From NCBI RefSeq assembly GCF_022045235.1, contig NW_027266286.1:12214001-12278000 (forward strand): DNA of 64,000 nt, in the 5' to 3' direction. The DNA is from Haliotis cracherodii. Taxonomy: Eukaryota. The position numbers were made by a program, and so were the translations under genes. The notes beneath the pieces are model-generated. The model saw only the letters and a list, made by a program, of their open reading frames with translations, ran no database searches and was not told where the DNA came from. Positions within the stretch are counted from its first letter, which is position 1, and the number at the start of each line of letters is the position of its first letter. Positions 32,627 through 44,867 of the stretch are shown here, piece by piece.

Positions 32627-33866
32627 ATGCAGCTCCCGTCTGTGCTGATCTTGGTGTTGGTGGTATGTAGATCTGCTGCAGAAAATATTGAAGACATGAA
32701 AAGGCTGTACAGCGACCTGTTTCGGAACTACAGCACTAAACACAGACCCGTGAACAACCAGAGTCACCATGTTGACGTTCACAATACATTCAACCTGGTT
32801 GCCATAACTGAAGTTGATCAGGTACGACAGACCCTCCATAGCAACGTCTGGATGAATCTGACATGGATGGACGAGTTCCTTATCTGGACAAGATAAGAAT
32901 TACAACGGCATTAAGTCTATTCATCCTCCCTTGACTGACATTTGGAGACCCAAACTCATGGTTCCAGTGTCTCTGGAGGATCGGGACGTCTTTAAAGACG
33001 ACACATCCGGTATCACAGTTTACAGCGATGGCAAAGTCACTTGGACACCTGGAGCAAACTTTCTTACTGACTGTAAGTTAGACCTGACGTTATTCCCATT
33101 TGATGTTCAGACATGTGAGTTCCAATTTATCCCCATCAGCTATGATTCAAGTGAGGTAAAGATGGTCTCAGCTTTGAAGAGTGCAAACAGCCAATCCTTC
33201 ACAACTAACGGAGAATGGATTCTTCCAAGTTCCAGAGCTTTCACTCGCGAAAGGCGCATCGGAGAAGATTTAAGCTTATCTTTCCTTTACATTCAGATTG
33301 ATCTGGAGAGGCGTCCGGCGTTCTTCGTCCTCAATGTCATGCTACCTGTAGTGGTGCTTTCCTTTCTCAACATATTCGTGTTCGCACTGCCGTGTGACTG
33401 TGGCGAGAAGGTTTCGTATGGCATCACATGCCTTCTCTCTCTATCTGTATTCATGAGCATCGTGAGTGGACTACTTCCAAACTCGTCCGACAATATCCCG
33501 CTGGTCACCCTGTATCTTACATGTCTCTTCGGCATCAGCGTTTTGTCAGTTGTCACCACCATCTTAATCGTCATGATATCTACCAGGAAGATCAACAACA
33601 AGAATACACACTCACCTCTGTTTGTGATACCACGTTGTTGGTCGTTATCACTTCATGGACGTAAACGCAAGGTTATCGACGAGACTCAGCAGGAATCTAA
33701 AAACCATGGTTTGGCAGGCGATGGGAACCCCGGGGGTCGAGTGAAGGAAGGCTGGGGAAGTTCTGACTCTGGTGGATATTTGATATCAGCTGACTGTCTG
33801 TGTATGATTATATTCATGGCGGTTTGGCTGTGTGCGACTGGGGGATTCCTCATCAAACTAACATGA
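32627..33866 (+). pseudogene. nAChR-like Cys-loop channel subunit, copy 1, frameshifted
   Basis: CCTGAG of the other copies is replaced by AGATAAG at 32891-32897, giving a TAA stop and a +1 shift. The rest of the reading frame is intact to 33866. Confidence 0.9.
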
Positions 33867-36800
33867 TAAATGAAAGGTCCTTGTGCTATTCTACCAGTGT
33901 GAATCTTCAACGATCTATACTTCTTACGCTAAATGCTTGTCCCTGTGCTCTAGGGTCCTTTGGAAATTCAGAAATAAAACAATTGAGAACATTAACCACA
34001 GTATGTATGTACATTGGACGTTGAACTCACACAACAACATGTCCTCACAATTGGCACCTTCCTGGGTTGTTATTACGTTAATGAAATATGTATTGTTCAC
34101 TGGAGGAGGATATGCTCACTGTCAGCATCAAAGCGGTAAATTGTTATTCGAACCAATTCGAGCCGATTCGGGTGACTCAGTTGCTATGAAAACCAGATCT
34201 TTTCGGAATATTGAAAGAAGAACTGTCTCGTTAAACCATCTGCACTAACCGTAGTGAATTATCATTGAAGTGTATTCTGGTGGATCATCGCACTGTTTCT
34301 GGATCATAATGCAACAGAGTCATGACGTAATTTGGTTCTGCAATGCATCTTCATACCTTATGTGTAATAACAACTAACATGTCTGTGACATTGCACATTG
34401 GTCATGTTATTAGGATAGCGAACTACATATTGTGTAATGGAAAAAAGAGGATAAAATCACTGTCAGAACTATTTGAAATGTTGTTCTTACTGAAAGTGAA
34501 AATGGATTTTATCATCTCTTATCAAGAGCATGACACTTTACAGTGATTGCCATTTGAGTTTTTTTTAAATGGTGGTAACCATTAGTATTAAATAGGACAC
34601 TTTACCTATTCATGTTTGTCATTTGTTTCTATGTTGTACACTCACAGGTGAGGTTTTCTTGAACAAAAACAAGATGTATGGTTCATTGATAGCCAATGCA
34701 TAATAACCAAGCATTTCAACTTTCAGTTTCAGGCTACCATGAGGGTTAGGAGTAGGGTTAACGTTAGGGTTAGGGACATTAGACATGGCTTTCATTCAGA
34801 TGACACTCTGTCCAACAGCATATCTCCGAAAACTGGATGTTATTTTGATACTGCTGTGAGAAAAAATCTAATATAAAAGGCTTGGGTCCAGGAAATAGAT
34901 ATACTTTCTTTTGTCACCAGGTGGTAATTATGTTAATTAATTACGAAACAAATTTAAAATTAACTCTTAGGTGAATTATTCCATTATCTTATTCTCATTA
35001 GAGAAGGATGTGTCGCTCTCTCATATGTCGATTTATGTAGATTTCCGTCTTCTCCCGAACTCAATAAACACACTGACTCCAAAGCGCAGAGAGATACGAT
35101 GTATTGTGTATTGGTATCTGAAACTAAATACATGTCATGACCCTGCTCACAGAAAAAAACTAACTTTCAAGGCTTAGGACACTGGACAGAAAAGAAATAT
35201 CTACTATTTTATCATCTGGTGTTGTTTGTGTTTATACATCATGGAACAGTGTGGAAATTCAATATTTGCTCGTAAGTGGATCAGTCCATTATCATATTGT
35301 CATTAGAGAAGAAGTATGATAGTTCGATATCAGGAGAGAGACCATTTGTCTTCTCTCAAATTCAATAAATACACTGACACCAAAATAGCGTGAGGTATAA
35401 TGCATCGTGTATTGGTAATCATTTGAGACCATACGATCCTTCCTTGGTGTAAACTCCAATGCATTTGTGTATTCAATCTTATTGTGGTTACAGATATGGA
35501 TTATTGAGTTCATTAGGCCACACAAGTTAAGATAACCCTTGGAGCCCATGTGCAAAATAGAAGGGAAAGCACTTAATGACTACATGTATGTACCAACACC
35601 TCAATGCCTACTATTAGAGGATACACAGTACAAATTGACGACAGGTTATATGCGTTTCACCTTCTATCAACAACGTCCGTGTGTGATTGTCCAATACGGG
35701 AATTAAGGTAAGTTGAATATGATCCAAATTCTTTGAATTTATCAAACGTTGTCAGAAAAGGCTGAAAACCAGACATAACACAACATTACTAAATGTGTAA
35801 TTATACAACATGGAATTACAGTTATCGTGGCTATGGTACCACACACATCAAGGTGTCAGACTTAGAAAGCAATGACTTGTGAGTGCATGTATGCCACATG
35901 ACTATAGACTCATTTAACTAACTAAAGAATCACAGCAGATGTAGAGTCACAAGCAATAAAGAAGGATTCTTTCCGTATATCAAACATGAGGCTGGACCAA
36001 GCTTTGCAACCTTGCGTGAAGGAGACATATGATGTCCATCCCAAATTGAGGAATATACAACCGCACAGTTGAAAAGCTGTGGTTACTGGCACAAAACGTT
36101 GCCATATGGGAATTGTGATGAAGCATTTCTGTTGTCCCTGTGGTTTCCGCTACATCATTGATTGAAATGGCACCTATTTTCAGTACCAGATTGTGGGAGG
36201 GAACAATGTTTTACTTTGTGGCTCAGTGATGGATCGACAAAAGCGGAGACCACCTTTCATGCTGGAATTCCTTCATCAAATACTTAGTTCTGGCATATAA
36301 TGGGACAGCCTCTCCATAAACGGAATGCAACCGTCTCAGCAATATTCTTTAATTGACCCATTAGGGTAGACTATTTGCTGCCTGCTGTAACCTTAGTTTT
36401 GTCAGTTTTAACGCTACGGAGTAGTGTCGAAGTCAATTGTCAGTAAATGGCTCCACTGGGCACGCCAAATTGGGATATCATATTTGTGTACATCCCCTTG
36501 TATGTATTTGTTATCACGACGACATTTTGGCCTGTCTCAATACATAGAGCTTAAAAGTGAATTAAAGCAATTGAATTGATTGAAAGCATTGAATCTGTAA
36601 ACTATAATCACAACGCTCGTGTTGACGCTCACCGTATTAAGAAGTCTCAAGGGCTTTCAAGTATTTCATCTGTCCAGGTTTTATGTTGCTGTGGTTGTAT
36701 GTTCACAGCGCGACTCTAACTGTCCTTCATCTGGAGTCCTGTTCGTCATAATCTCACATTTAATGTGAAACACTGAAAATATTTATTTGGTACTTTATTG

Positions 36801-37758
36801 ATCAGCATGCACATCTCAGATACATGACTGTTATTCCTTTTTATTCAACGTCACATCGAATGGTGATCCTAATATATCAACAAAAGTTCAAATAAAAGAT
36901 ACCGAGAAACTGCGAATGTGGCGTGTTAATTCATCATCTAACCTTTCCAGGTCATGGGAGCACACAAAGTCAAAAGAATTAGATAGACGCCAATTGTATC
37001 GTCAAAGTCACATTGTTATTTCATATTAGTGGTGATTACTGATACTATGAAGTGATGTGTGTTTATTCCGGAGGTGACAAATTTACTGTTATTGTTTTGT
37101 AACGATAGATTATCAGCAGACTACCCCTGTCTGTGACATCACATCCGATGACCTTAGCACCTACTGAAATATTGCTGTCAGATTTCACGATCCTTTATTT
37201 CTTTTTTTCCTTGTCACATTGAACGCAAAATTACAAATGAAACAACCTTCGACAAAGATGATCAACTTTCGCCAATGCATGTATATGAAGGCAATGTATT
37301 CTTGATGTTAAAATAGCAATAAGTTATGCTGAGATCGGGCGAAACGCGCCATGTTTGATTTTCGTACGTCTTCATCACGACACGGGAATTGTACTTTCGT
37401 GTATCGTAAATATTCAATCAAAACACTTGAAATTAGGACTGGTGAATATTTATGAGTCATTATTTTTTTCCTGAACATTTATAACATGACAAGTTGCACT
37501 AATGTCCTTATTTCTGCAACTACCATGATGACCTCGAAAATTGGGCTTTTATTCTGTTTTACTTTTGGATAATTTTATTTACTGAAATGGTTTATAATTT
37601 ACCATCTCGCTGTTATTTACCAATAAAGAAAATCGAATTTATACTCGGTTACAATTACGATATCGCAGATATGATAATTGAAATCAATTTGCACAAACTT
37701 AACGATTTAAAACGGTTATTAACATGAAACGCATACCACCTTGAATAACGTAATTCAG

Positions 37759-38635
37759 GTAAGTTCAAGAAAATGTACAATTGTTATGTTCCTTTTGGCC
37801 TTAACCTTGGTATGAATGAAAACATCAGAATATATTTATATAGCAATATATAGTTTTCTATCAGGCATAAATTTGCAAAATATTACTTTAATTGTCCCTT
37901 GTTTAAAGAAGTACCGACTGTTTGAAACCGTTAACTAACTTTACAGCCAAAACACAGTTGTTAACATTGTATATCGTAGCAAAACATTGTAATATACCAG
38001 GATCGAAGTCCGTTATCTGTACGCTGCCGTGATTCACCTGCAACATTATTTGCATAAAACAACAACACTCACTTTATAATGGACCGATCACATAGCCTCC
38101 AATAAGTACAATATATGGCCGAAATTAGATTTCTTGTACAGTACACCCACTGTTAACGACCAGAATGTGTGATTGATACCCACAATACAGAAACAATCTG
38201 TAATCATTTAGAGCTGACAGCCTGCTTTGTCCAAGATATGCAAAAACAATACCGCTGGAAGAACAATGTTGTCCCGTACAACATGAAGGTTACCTCATGT
38301 AAATGGACGTATGATATATCAATAATCAATTCGGGCAGGTATGCCTCTACTCGACATTACAATTAATATCGGTGTGTACACATTGCCTTTAATTCAATTT
38401 CGTGGGTAAATGCATTGTGTGTGGATAATGAAGTTCCATTAGCGCCGGAATATGTCAACATGGCTGGCTGTGTGACAAATAAAAGCCAATGCTCAATACC
38501 CCTTTGAATCGATGACTGTCCTTGTTATCTGTGGAAATAATCACCAAGACTACACATAAACAACTAGTCAATTGGTCTGTCTCAGACACCCATTAAACTA
38601 TCAATTATGATATGTGGACCTTATTTTGTACAAAG
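37759..38635 (+). other. Predicted 5'-UTR intron of the receptor gene (shown for copy 2; present in every unit)
   Basis: CAG|GTAAGT donor at 37759 (CAG|GTGAGT in copy 1). Pyrimidine tract plus AG (TTATTTTGTACAAAG) 16 nt before the ATG. Confidence 0.45.
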
Positions 38636-38651
38636 CTGGTGACCGAGGAAG

Positions 38652-39893
38652 ATGCAGCTCCCGTCTGTGCTGGTGTTGGTGTTGGTGGTATGTAGATCTG
38701 CTGCAGAAAATATTGAAGACATGAAACGGCTGTACACCGACCTGTTTCGGAACTACAGCACTAAACACAGACCCGTGAACAACCAGAGTCACCATGTTGA
38801 CGTTCACAATACATTCAACCTGGTTGCCATAACTGAAGTTGATCAGGTCCGACAGACCCTCCACAGCAACGTCTGGATGAATCTGACATGGATGGACGAG
38901 TTCCTTATCTGGACACCTGAGAATTACAACGGCATTAAGTCTATTCATCCTCCCTTGACTGACATTTGGAGACCCAAACTCATGGTTCCAGTGTCTCTGG
39001 AGGATCGGGACGTCTTTAAAGACGACACATCCGGTATCACAGTTTACAGCGATGGCACAGTCACTTGGACACCTGGAGCAAACTTTCTTACTGACTGTAA
39101 GTTAGACCTGACGTTATTCCCATTTGATGTTCAGACATGTGAGTTCCGATTTATCCCCATCAGCTATTATTCAAGTGAGGTAAAGATGGTCTCAGCTTTG
39201 AAGAGTGCAAACAGCCAATCCTTCACAACTAACGGAGAATGGATTCTTCCAAGTTCCAGAGCTTTCACTCGCGAAAGGCGCATCGGAGAAGATTTAAGCT
39301 TATCTTTCCTTTACATTCAGATTGATCTGGAGAGGCGTCCGGCGTTCTTCGTCCTCAATGTCATTCTACCTGTAGTGGTGCTTTCCTTTCTCAACATATT
39401 CGTGTTCGCACTGCCGTGTGACTGTGGCGAGAAGGTTTCGTATGGCATCACATGCCTTCTCTCTCTATCTGTATTCATGAGCATCGTGAGTGGACTACTT
39501 CCAAACTCGTCCGACAATATCCCGCTGGTCACCCTGTATCTTACATGTCTCTTCGGCATCAGCGTTCTGTCAGTTGTCACCACCATCTTAATCGTCATGA
39601 TATCTACCAGGAAGATCAATAACAAGAATACACACTCACCACTGTTTGTGATACCACGCTGTTGGTCGTTGTTATCACTTCATGGACGTAAAGGCAAGGT
39701 TATGGACGAGACTCAGCAGGAATCTAAAAACCATGGTTTGGCAGGCGATGGGAACCTCAGGGGTCGAGTGAAGGAAGGCTGGGGAAGTTCTGACTCTGGT
39801 GGATATTTGATATCAGCTGACTGTCTGTGTATGGTTATATTCATGGCTGTTTGGCTGTGTGCGACTGGGGGATTCCTCATCAAACTAACATGA
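38652..39893 (+). CDS. Divergent nAChR-like Cys-loop ligand-gated cation channel subunit, copy 2 (413 aa, intronless CDS)
   Basis: Signal peptide, RP...W.D..L.W motif, Cys-loop CKLDLTLFPFDVQTC, NGEW, RRP, four TM helices and GEKVSYGITCLL M2. Confidence 0.95.
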   Translation: MQLPSVLVLVLVVCRSAAENIEDMKRLYTDLFRNYSTKHRPVNNQSHHVDVHNTFNLVAITEVDQVRQTLHSNVWMNLTWMDEFLIWTPENYNGIKSIHPPLTDIWRPKLMVPVSLEDRDVFKDDTSGITVYSDGTVTWTPGANFLTDCKLDLTLFPFDVQTCEFRFIPISYYSSEVKMVSALKSANSQSFTTNGEWILPSSRAFTRERRIGEDLSLSFLYIQIDLERRPAFFVLNVILPVVVLSFLNIFVFALPCDCGEKVSYGITCLLSLSVFMSIVSGLLPNSSDNIPLVTLYLTCLFGISVLSVVTTILIVMISTRKINNKNTHSPLFVIPRCWSLLSLHGRKGKVMDETQQESKNHGLAGDGNLRGRVKEGWGSSDSGGYLISADCLCMVIFMAVWLCATGGFLIKLT

Positions 39894-40114
39894 TAAATGA
39901 AAGGTCCTTGTGCTATTCTACCAGTGTGAATCTTCAACGATCTATACCTCTTATGCTAAATGATTGTCCCTGTGCTCTAGGGTCCGTTGGAAATACAGAA
40001 ATAAAACAACTGAGAACATTCACCACAGTATGTATGTACATTGGACGTTGATCTCACACAACAACATGTCCTCACAATTGGCACCTTCCTGGGTTGTTAT
40101 TAGGATAATAAAAT

Positions 40115-40540
40115 ATGTATTGTTCACTGGAGGATGATATGCTCACTGTCAGCATCAAAGCGGTAAATTGTTTTCGAACCAATTCGAACCGATTCGAGTG
40201 TCTCATTTGCTATGAAAACCAGATTATTACGGAATATTTAAAGAAGAACTGTCTCCGTCAACCATCTGCACTAACCATACTGAATTATCATTGAAGTGTA
40301 TTCTGGTGGATCATCGCAGGATAATAAAAGATGGATTGTTCACTGGAGGATGATATGCCCACTGTCAGCATCAAAGCGGTAAATTGTTATTCGAACCAAT
40401 TCGAACCGATTCGGGTGACTTAGTTGCTATGAAAACCAGATCTTTTCGGAGTATTGAAAGAAGAACTGTCTCCTTCAACCATCTGCACTAACCATACTGA
40501 ATTATCATTGACGTGTATTCTGGTGGATCATCGCACCGTT
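40115..40540 (+). repeat. 216-bp tandem duplication unique to the spacer after copy 2
   Basis: TGTTCACTGGAGGATGATATGC at 40121 and again at 40337. Largely explains the 6216-bp spacing. Confidence 0.85.
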
Positions 40541-43500
40541 CATAATGCAACAGAGTCATGACGTAATTTGGTTCTGCAATGCATCGTCATACCTTATGTG
40601 TAGTGACAACTCACATGTCCGTGACATTACACATTGATTATGTTATTAGGATAGCGAACTACATATTGTGTAATGGAAAAAGGAGGATAAAATCACTGTC
40701 AGTACTATTTGAAATGTTGTTCTTACTGAAAGTGAAAATGGATTGTATCATCTCTTATCAAGAGTATGACACTTTACAGTGATTGCCATTTGAATTTTTT
40801 AAAAATGGTGGTAACCATTAGTATTAAATTGGACACTTTACGTATTCATGTTTATCATTTGTTTCTATGTTGTACACTCACAGGTGAGGTTTTCTTGAAC
40901 AAAAATAAGATGTATGGTTCATTGATAGCCGATGCATAATAACGAAGCATTTCAACTTTCAGTTTCAGGCTACCATTGGGGTTAGGGTTAGGGACATTAG
41001 ACATGGCTTTCATTCAGATGACACTCTGTCCAACAGCATATCTCCGAAAACTGGATGTTATTTTGATACTGCTGTGAGAAAAAATCTAATATAATAAAAG
41101 GCTTGGGACCAGGAAATAGATATACTTTCTTTTGTCACCAGGTGGTAATTATGTTAATTAATTACGAAACAAATTTAAAATTAACTCTTAGGGGAATTAT
41201 TCCATTATCTTATTCTCATTACAGAAGGATGTGTCACTCTCTCATATGTCGCTTTATGTAGATTTCCGTCTTCTCCCGAACTCAATAAACACATTGACAC
41301 ATAAGCGCAGAGAGATACGATGTATTGTGTATTGGTATCTGAAACTAAATACATGTCATGGCCCTGCTCACAGAAAAAACTATCTTTCAAGGCTTGGGAC
41401 ACTGGACAGAAAAGTAATATCTACTAATTTATCATCTGGTGTTGTTTGTGTTTATACATCATGGAACAGTGTGGAAATTCAATAATTGCTCGTAAGTGGA
41501 TCAGTTCATTATCATATTGTCATGAGAGAAGAAGTATGATAGTTCGATATCTGGAGATAGACCGTTTGTCTTCTCTCAAATTCAATAAATACATTGACAC
41601 CAAAATAGAGTAAGGTATAGTGCATCGTGTATTGGTAATCATTTGAGACCATAAGATCCTTCCTTGGTGTAAACTCCAATGCATTTGTGTATACCGGGTT
41701 GTATTCAATCTTATTGTGGTTACTGATATGGATTATTGAGTTCATTAGGCCAGTTACACAAGATAAGATAACCCTTGGAGCCCATGTCTGACTACATGTA
41801 TGTACCAACACCTCAATGCCTACTATTAGAGGATACACAGTACAAATTGATGACAGGTTATATGCGTTTCACCTTCTATCGACAAAGTCCGTGTGTGATT
41901 GTTCAAATACGGGAATTTAGATAAGTTGAATATGATCCAAATTCTTTGAATTTATCAAACGTTGTCAGAAAAGGCTGAAAACCAGACATTACACAACAGT
42001 ACTAAATATGTAATTATACAACATGGAATTACAGTTATCGTGGCTATGGTACCACACACATCAAGGTGTCAGACTTAGAAAGCAATGACTTGTAAGTGCA
42101 TGTATGCCACATGTCTATAGCCTCATTTAACTAACTAAAGAGTCACTGCAGATGTAGAGTCACAAACAATAAAGAAGGATTCTTTCCGTATATCAAACAT
42201 GAGGCTGGAGCAAGCTTTGCAACCTTGCGTGAAGGAGACATATGATGTCCATCCCAAATTGAGGAATATACAACCGCACAGTTGAAAAGCTGTGGTTACT
42301 GGCACAAAACGTTGCCATATGGGAATTGTGATGAAGCATTGTTTCTATTGTCCATGGGGTTTCCGCTACATCATTGATTGAAATGGCAGCTATTTTCAGT
42401 TCCAGATTGTGGGAGGGAACAATGTTTTACTTTGTGGCTCAGTGATGGATCGACAAAAGCGGAGACCACCTTTCATGCTGGAATTCCTTCATCAAATACT
42501 TAGTTCTGGCATATAATGATACAGCCTCTCCATAAACGGAATGCAACCGTCTCATCAATATTCTTTAATTGACCCATTAGGGTAGACTATTTGCTGCCTG
42601 CTGTAACCTTAGTTTTGTCAGTTTTAACGCTACGGAGTAGTGTCGAAGTCAATTGTCAGTAAATGACTCGACTGGGCACGCCAAATTGGGATATCATATT
42701 TGTGTACATCCCCTTGTATGTATTTGTTATCACGACGACATTTTGGCCTGTCTCAATACATAGAGCTTAAAAGTGAATTAAAGCAATTGAATTGATTGAA
42801 AACATTGAATCTGTAAACTATAATCACAACGCTCGTGTTGACGCTCACCGTATTAGGAAGTCTCAAGGGCTTTCAAGTATTTCATCTGTCCAGGTTTTAT
42901 GTTGCTGTGGTTGTATGTTCACAGCGCTACTCTAACTGTCCTTCATCTGGAGTCCTGTTCGTCATAATCTCACATTTAATGTGAAACACTAAAATATTTA
43001 TTTGGTACTTTATTGATCAGCATGTACATCTCAGATACATGACTGTTATTCCTTTTTATTCAACGTCACATCGAATGGTGATCCTAATATATCAACAAAA
43101 GTTCAAATAAAAGATACCGAGAAACTGCGAATGTGGCGTGTTAATTCATCATCTAACCTTTCCAGGTCATGGGAGCACACAAAGTCAAAAGAATTAGATA
43201 GACGCCAATTGTATCGTCAAAGTCACATTGTTATTTCATATTAGTGGTGATTACTGATACTATGAAGTGATGTGTGTTTATTCCGGAGGTGACAAATTTA
43301 CTGTTATTGTTTTGTAACGATAGATTATCAGCAGACTACCCCTGTCTGTGACATCACATCCGATGACCTTAGCACTTACTGAAATATTGCTGTCAGATTT
43401 CACGATCCTTTATTTCTTTTTTTCCTTGTCACATTGAACGCAAAATTACAAATGAAACAACCTTCGACAAAGATGATCAACTTTCGCCAATGCATGTATA

Positions 43501-44867
43501 TGAAGGCAATGTATTCTTGATGTTAAAATAGCAATAAGTTATGCTGAGATCGGGCGAAACGCGCCATGTTTGATTTTCGTACGTCTTCATCACGACACGG
43601 GAATTGTACTTTCGTGTATCGTAAATATTCAATCAAAACACTTGAAATTAGGACTGGTGAATATTTATGAGTCATTATTTTTTTCCTGAACATTTATAAC
43701 ATGACAAGTTGCACTAATGTCCTTATTTCTGCAACTACCATGATGACCTCGAAAATTGGGCTTTTATTCTGTTTTACTTTTGGATAATTTTATTTACTGA
43801 AATGGTTTATAATTTACCATCTCGCTGTTATTTACCAATAAAGAAAATCGAATTTATACTCGGTTACAATTACGATATCGCAGATATGATAATTGAAATC
43901 AATTTGCACAAACTTAACGATTTAAAACGGTTATTAACATGAAACGCATACCACCTTGAATAACGTAATTCAGGTAAGTTCAAGAAAATGTACAATTGTT
44001 ATGTTCCTTTTGGCCTTAACCTTGGTATGAATGAAAACATCAGAATATATTTAAATAGCAATATATAGTTTTCTATCAGGCATAAATTTGCAAAATATTA
44101 CTTTAATTGTCCCTTGTTTAAAGAAACACCGACTGTTTGAAACCGTTAACTAACTTTACAGCTAAAACACAGTTGTTAACATTGTATATCGTAGCCTAAC
44201 ATTGTAATATACCAGGATCGAAGTCTGTTATCTGTACGCTGCCGTGATTCACCTGCAACAACATTTGCATAAAACAACAACACTCACTTTGTAATGGACC
44301 GATCACATAGCCTCCAATAAGTACAATATATGGCCGAAATTAGATTTCTTGTACAGTTCACCCACTGTTAACGACCAGAATGTGTGATTGATACCCACAG
44401 TACAGAAACAATCTGTAATCATTTAGAGCTGACAGCCTGCTTTGTCCAAGATATGCAAAAACAATACCGCTGGAAGAACAATGTTGTCCCGTACAACATG
44501 GAGGTTACCTCATGTAAATGGACGTATGATATATCAATAATCAATTCGGGCAGGTATACCTCTCTTCGACATTACAATTAATATCGGTGTGTACACATTG
44601 CCTTTAATTCAATTTCGTGGGTAGATGCATTGTGTGTGGATAATGAAGTTCCATTAGCGCCGGAATATGTCAACATGGCTGGCTGTGTGACAAATAAAAG
44701 CCAATGCTCAATACCCCTTTGAATCGATGACTGTCCTTGTTATCTGTGGAAATAATCACCAAGACTACACATAAACAACTAGTCAATTGGTCTGTCTGCA
44801 GACACCCATTAAAGTATCAATTATGATATGTGGACCTTATTTTGTACAAAGCTGGTGACCGAGGAAG

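Noticed and set aside
32627-32896. Copy 1's 89-aa product as a secreted AChBP-like protein
   Set aside because: It stops before loop A and the Cys-loop, too short to form the ligand-binding fold. A simple pseudogenising lesion is more likely.
35950-36480. Possible decayed MULE transposase fragment in the spacer (minus strand LFPPTIW)
   Set aside because: Only one short motif, with many stops and no termini; not supportable without a profile search.
33883-38640. Small ORFs recurring in every spacer (60-120 aa) and ORFs antisense to the receptor CDS
   Set aside because: They recur only because the unit is recently duplicated. Several are broken in some units, many start at non-ATG codons, and none has a recognisable domain.
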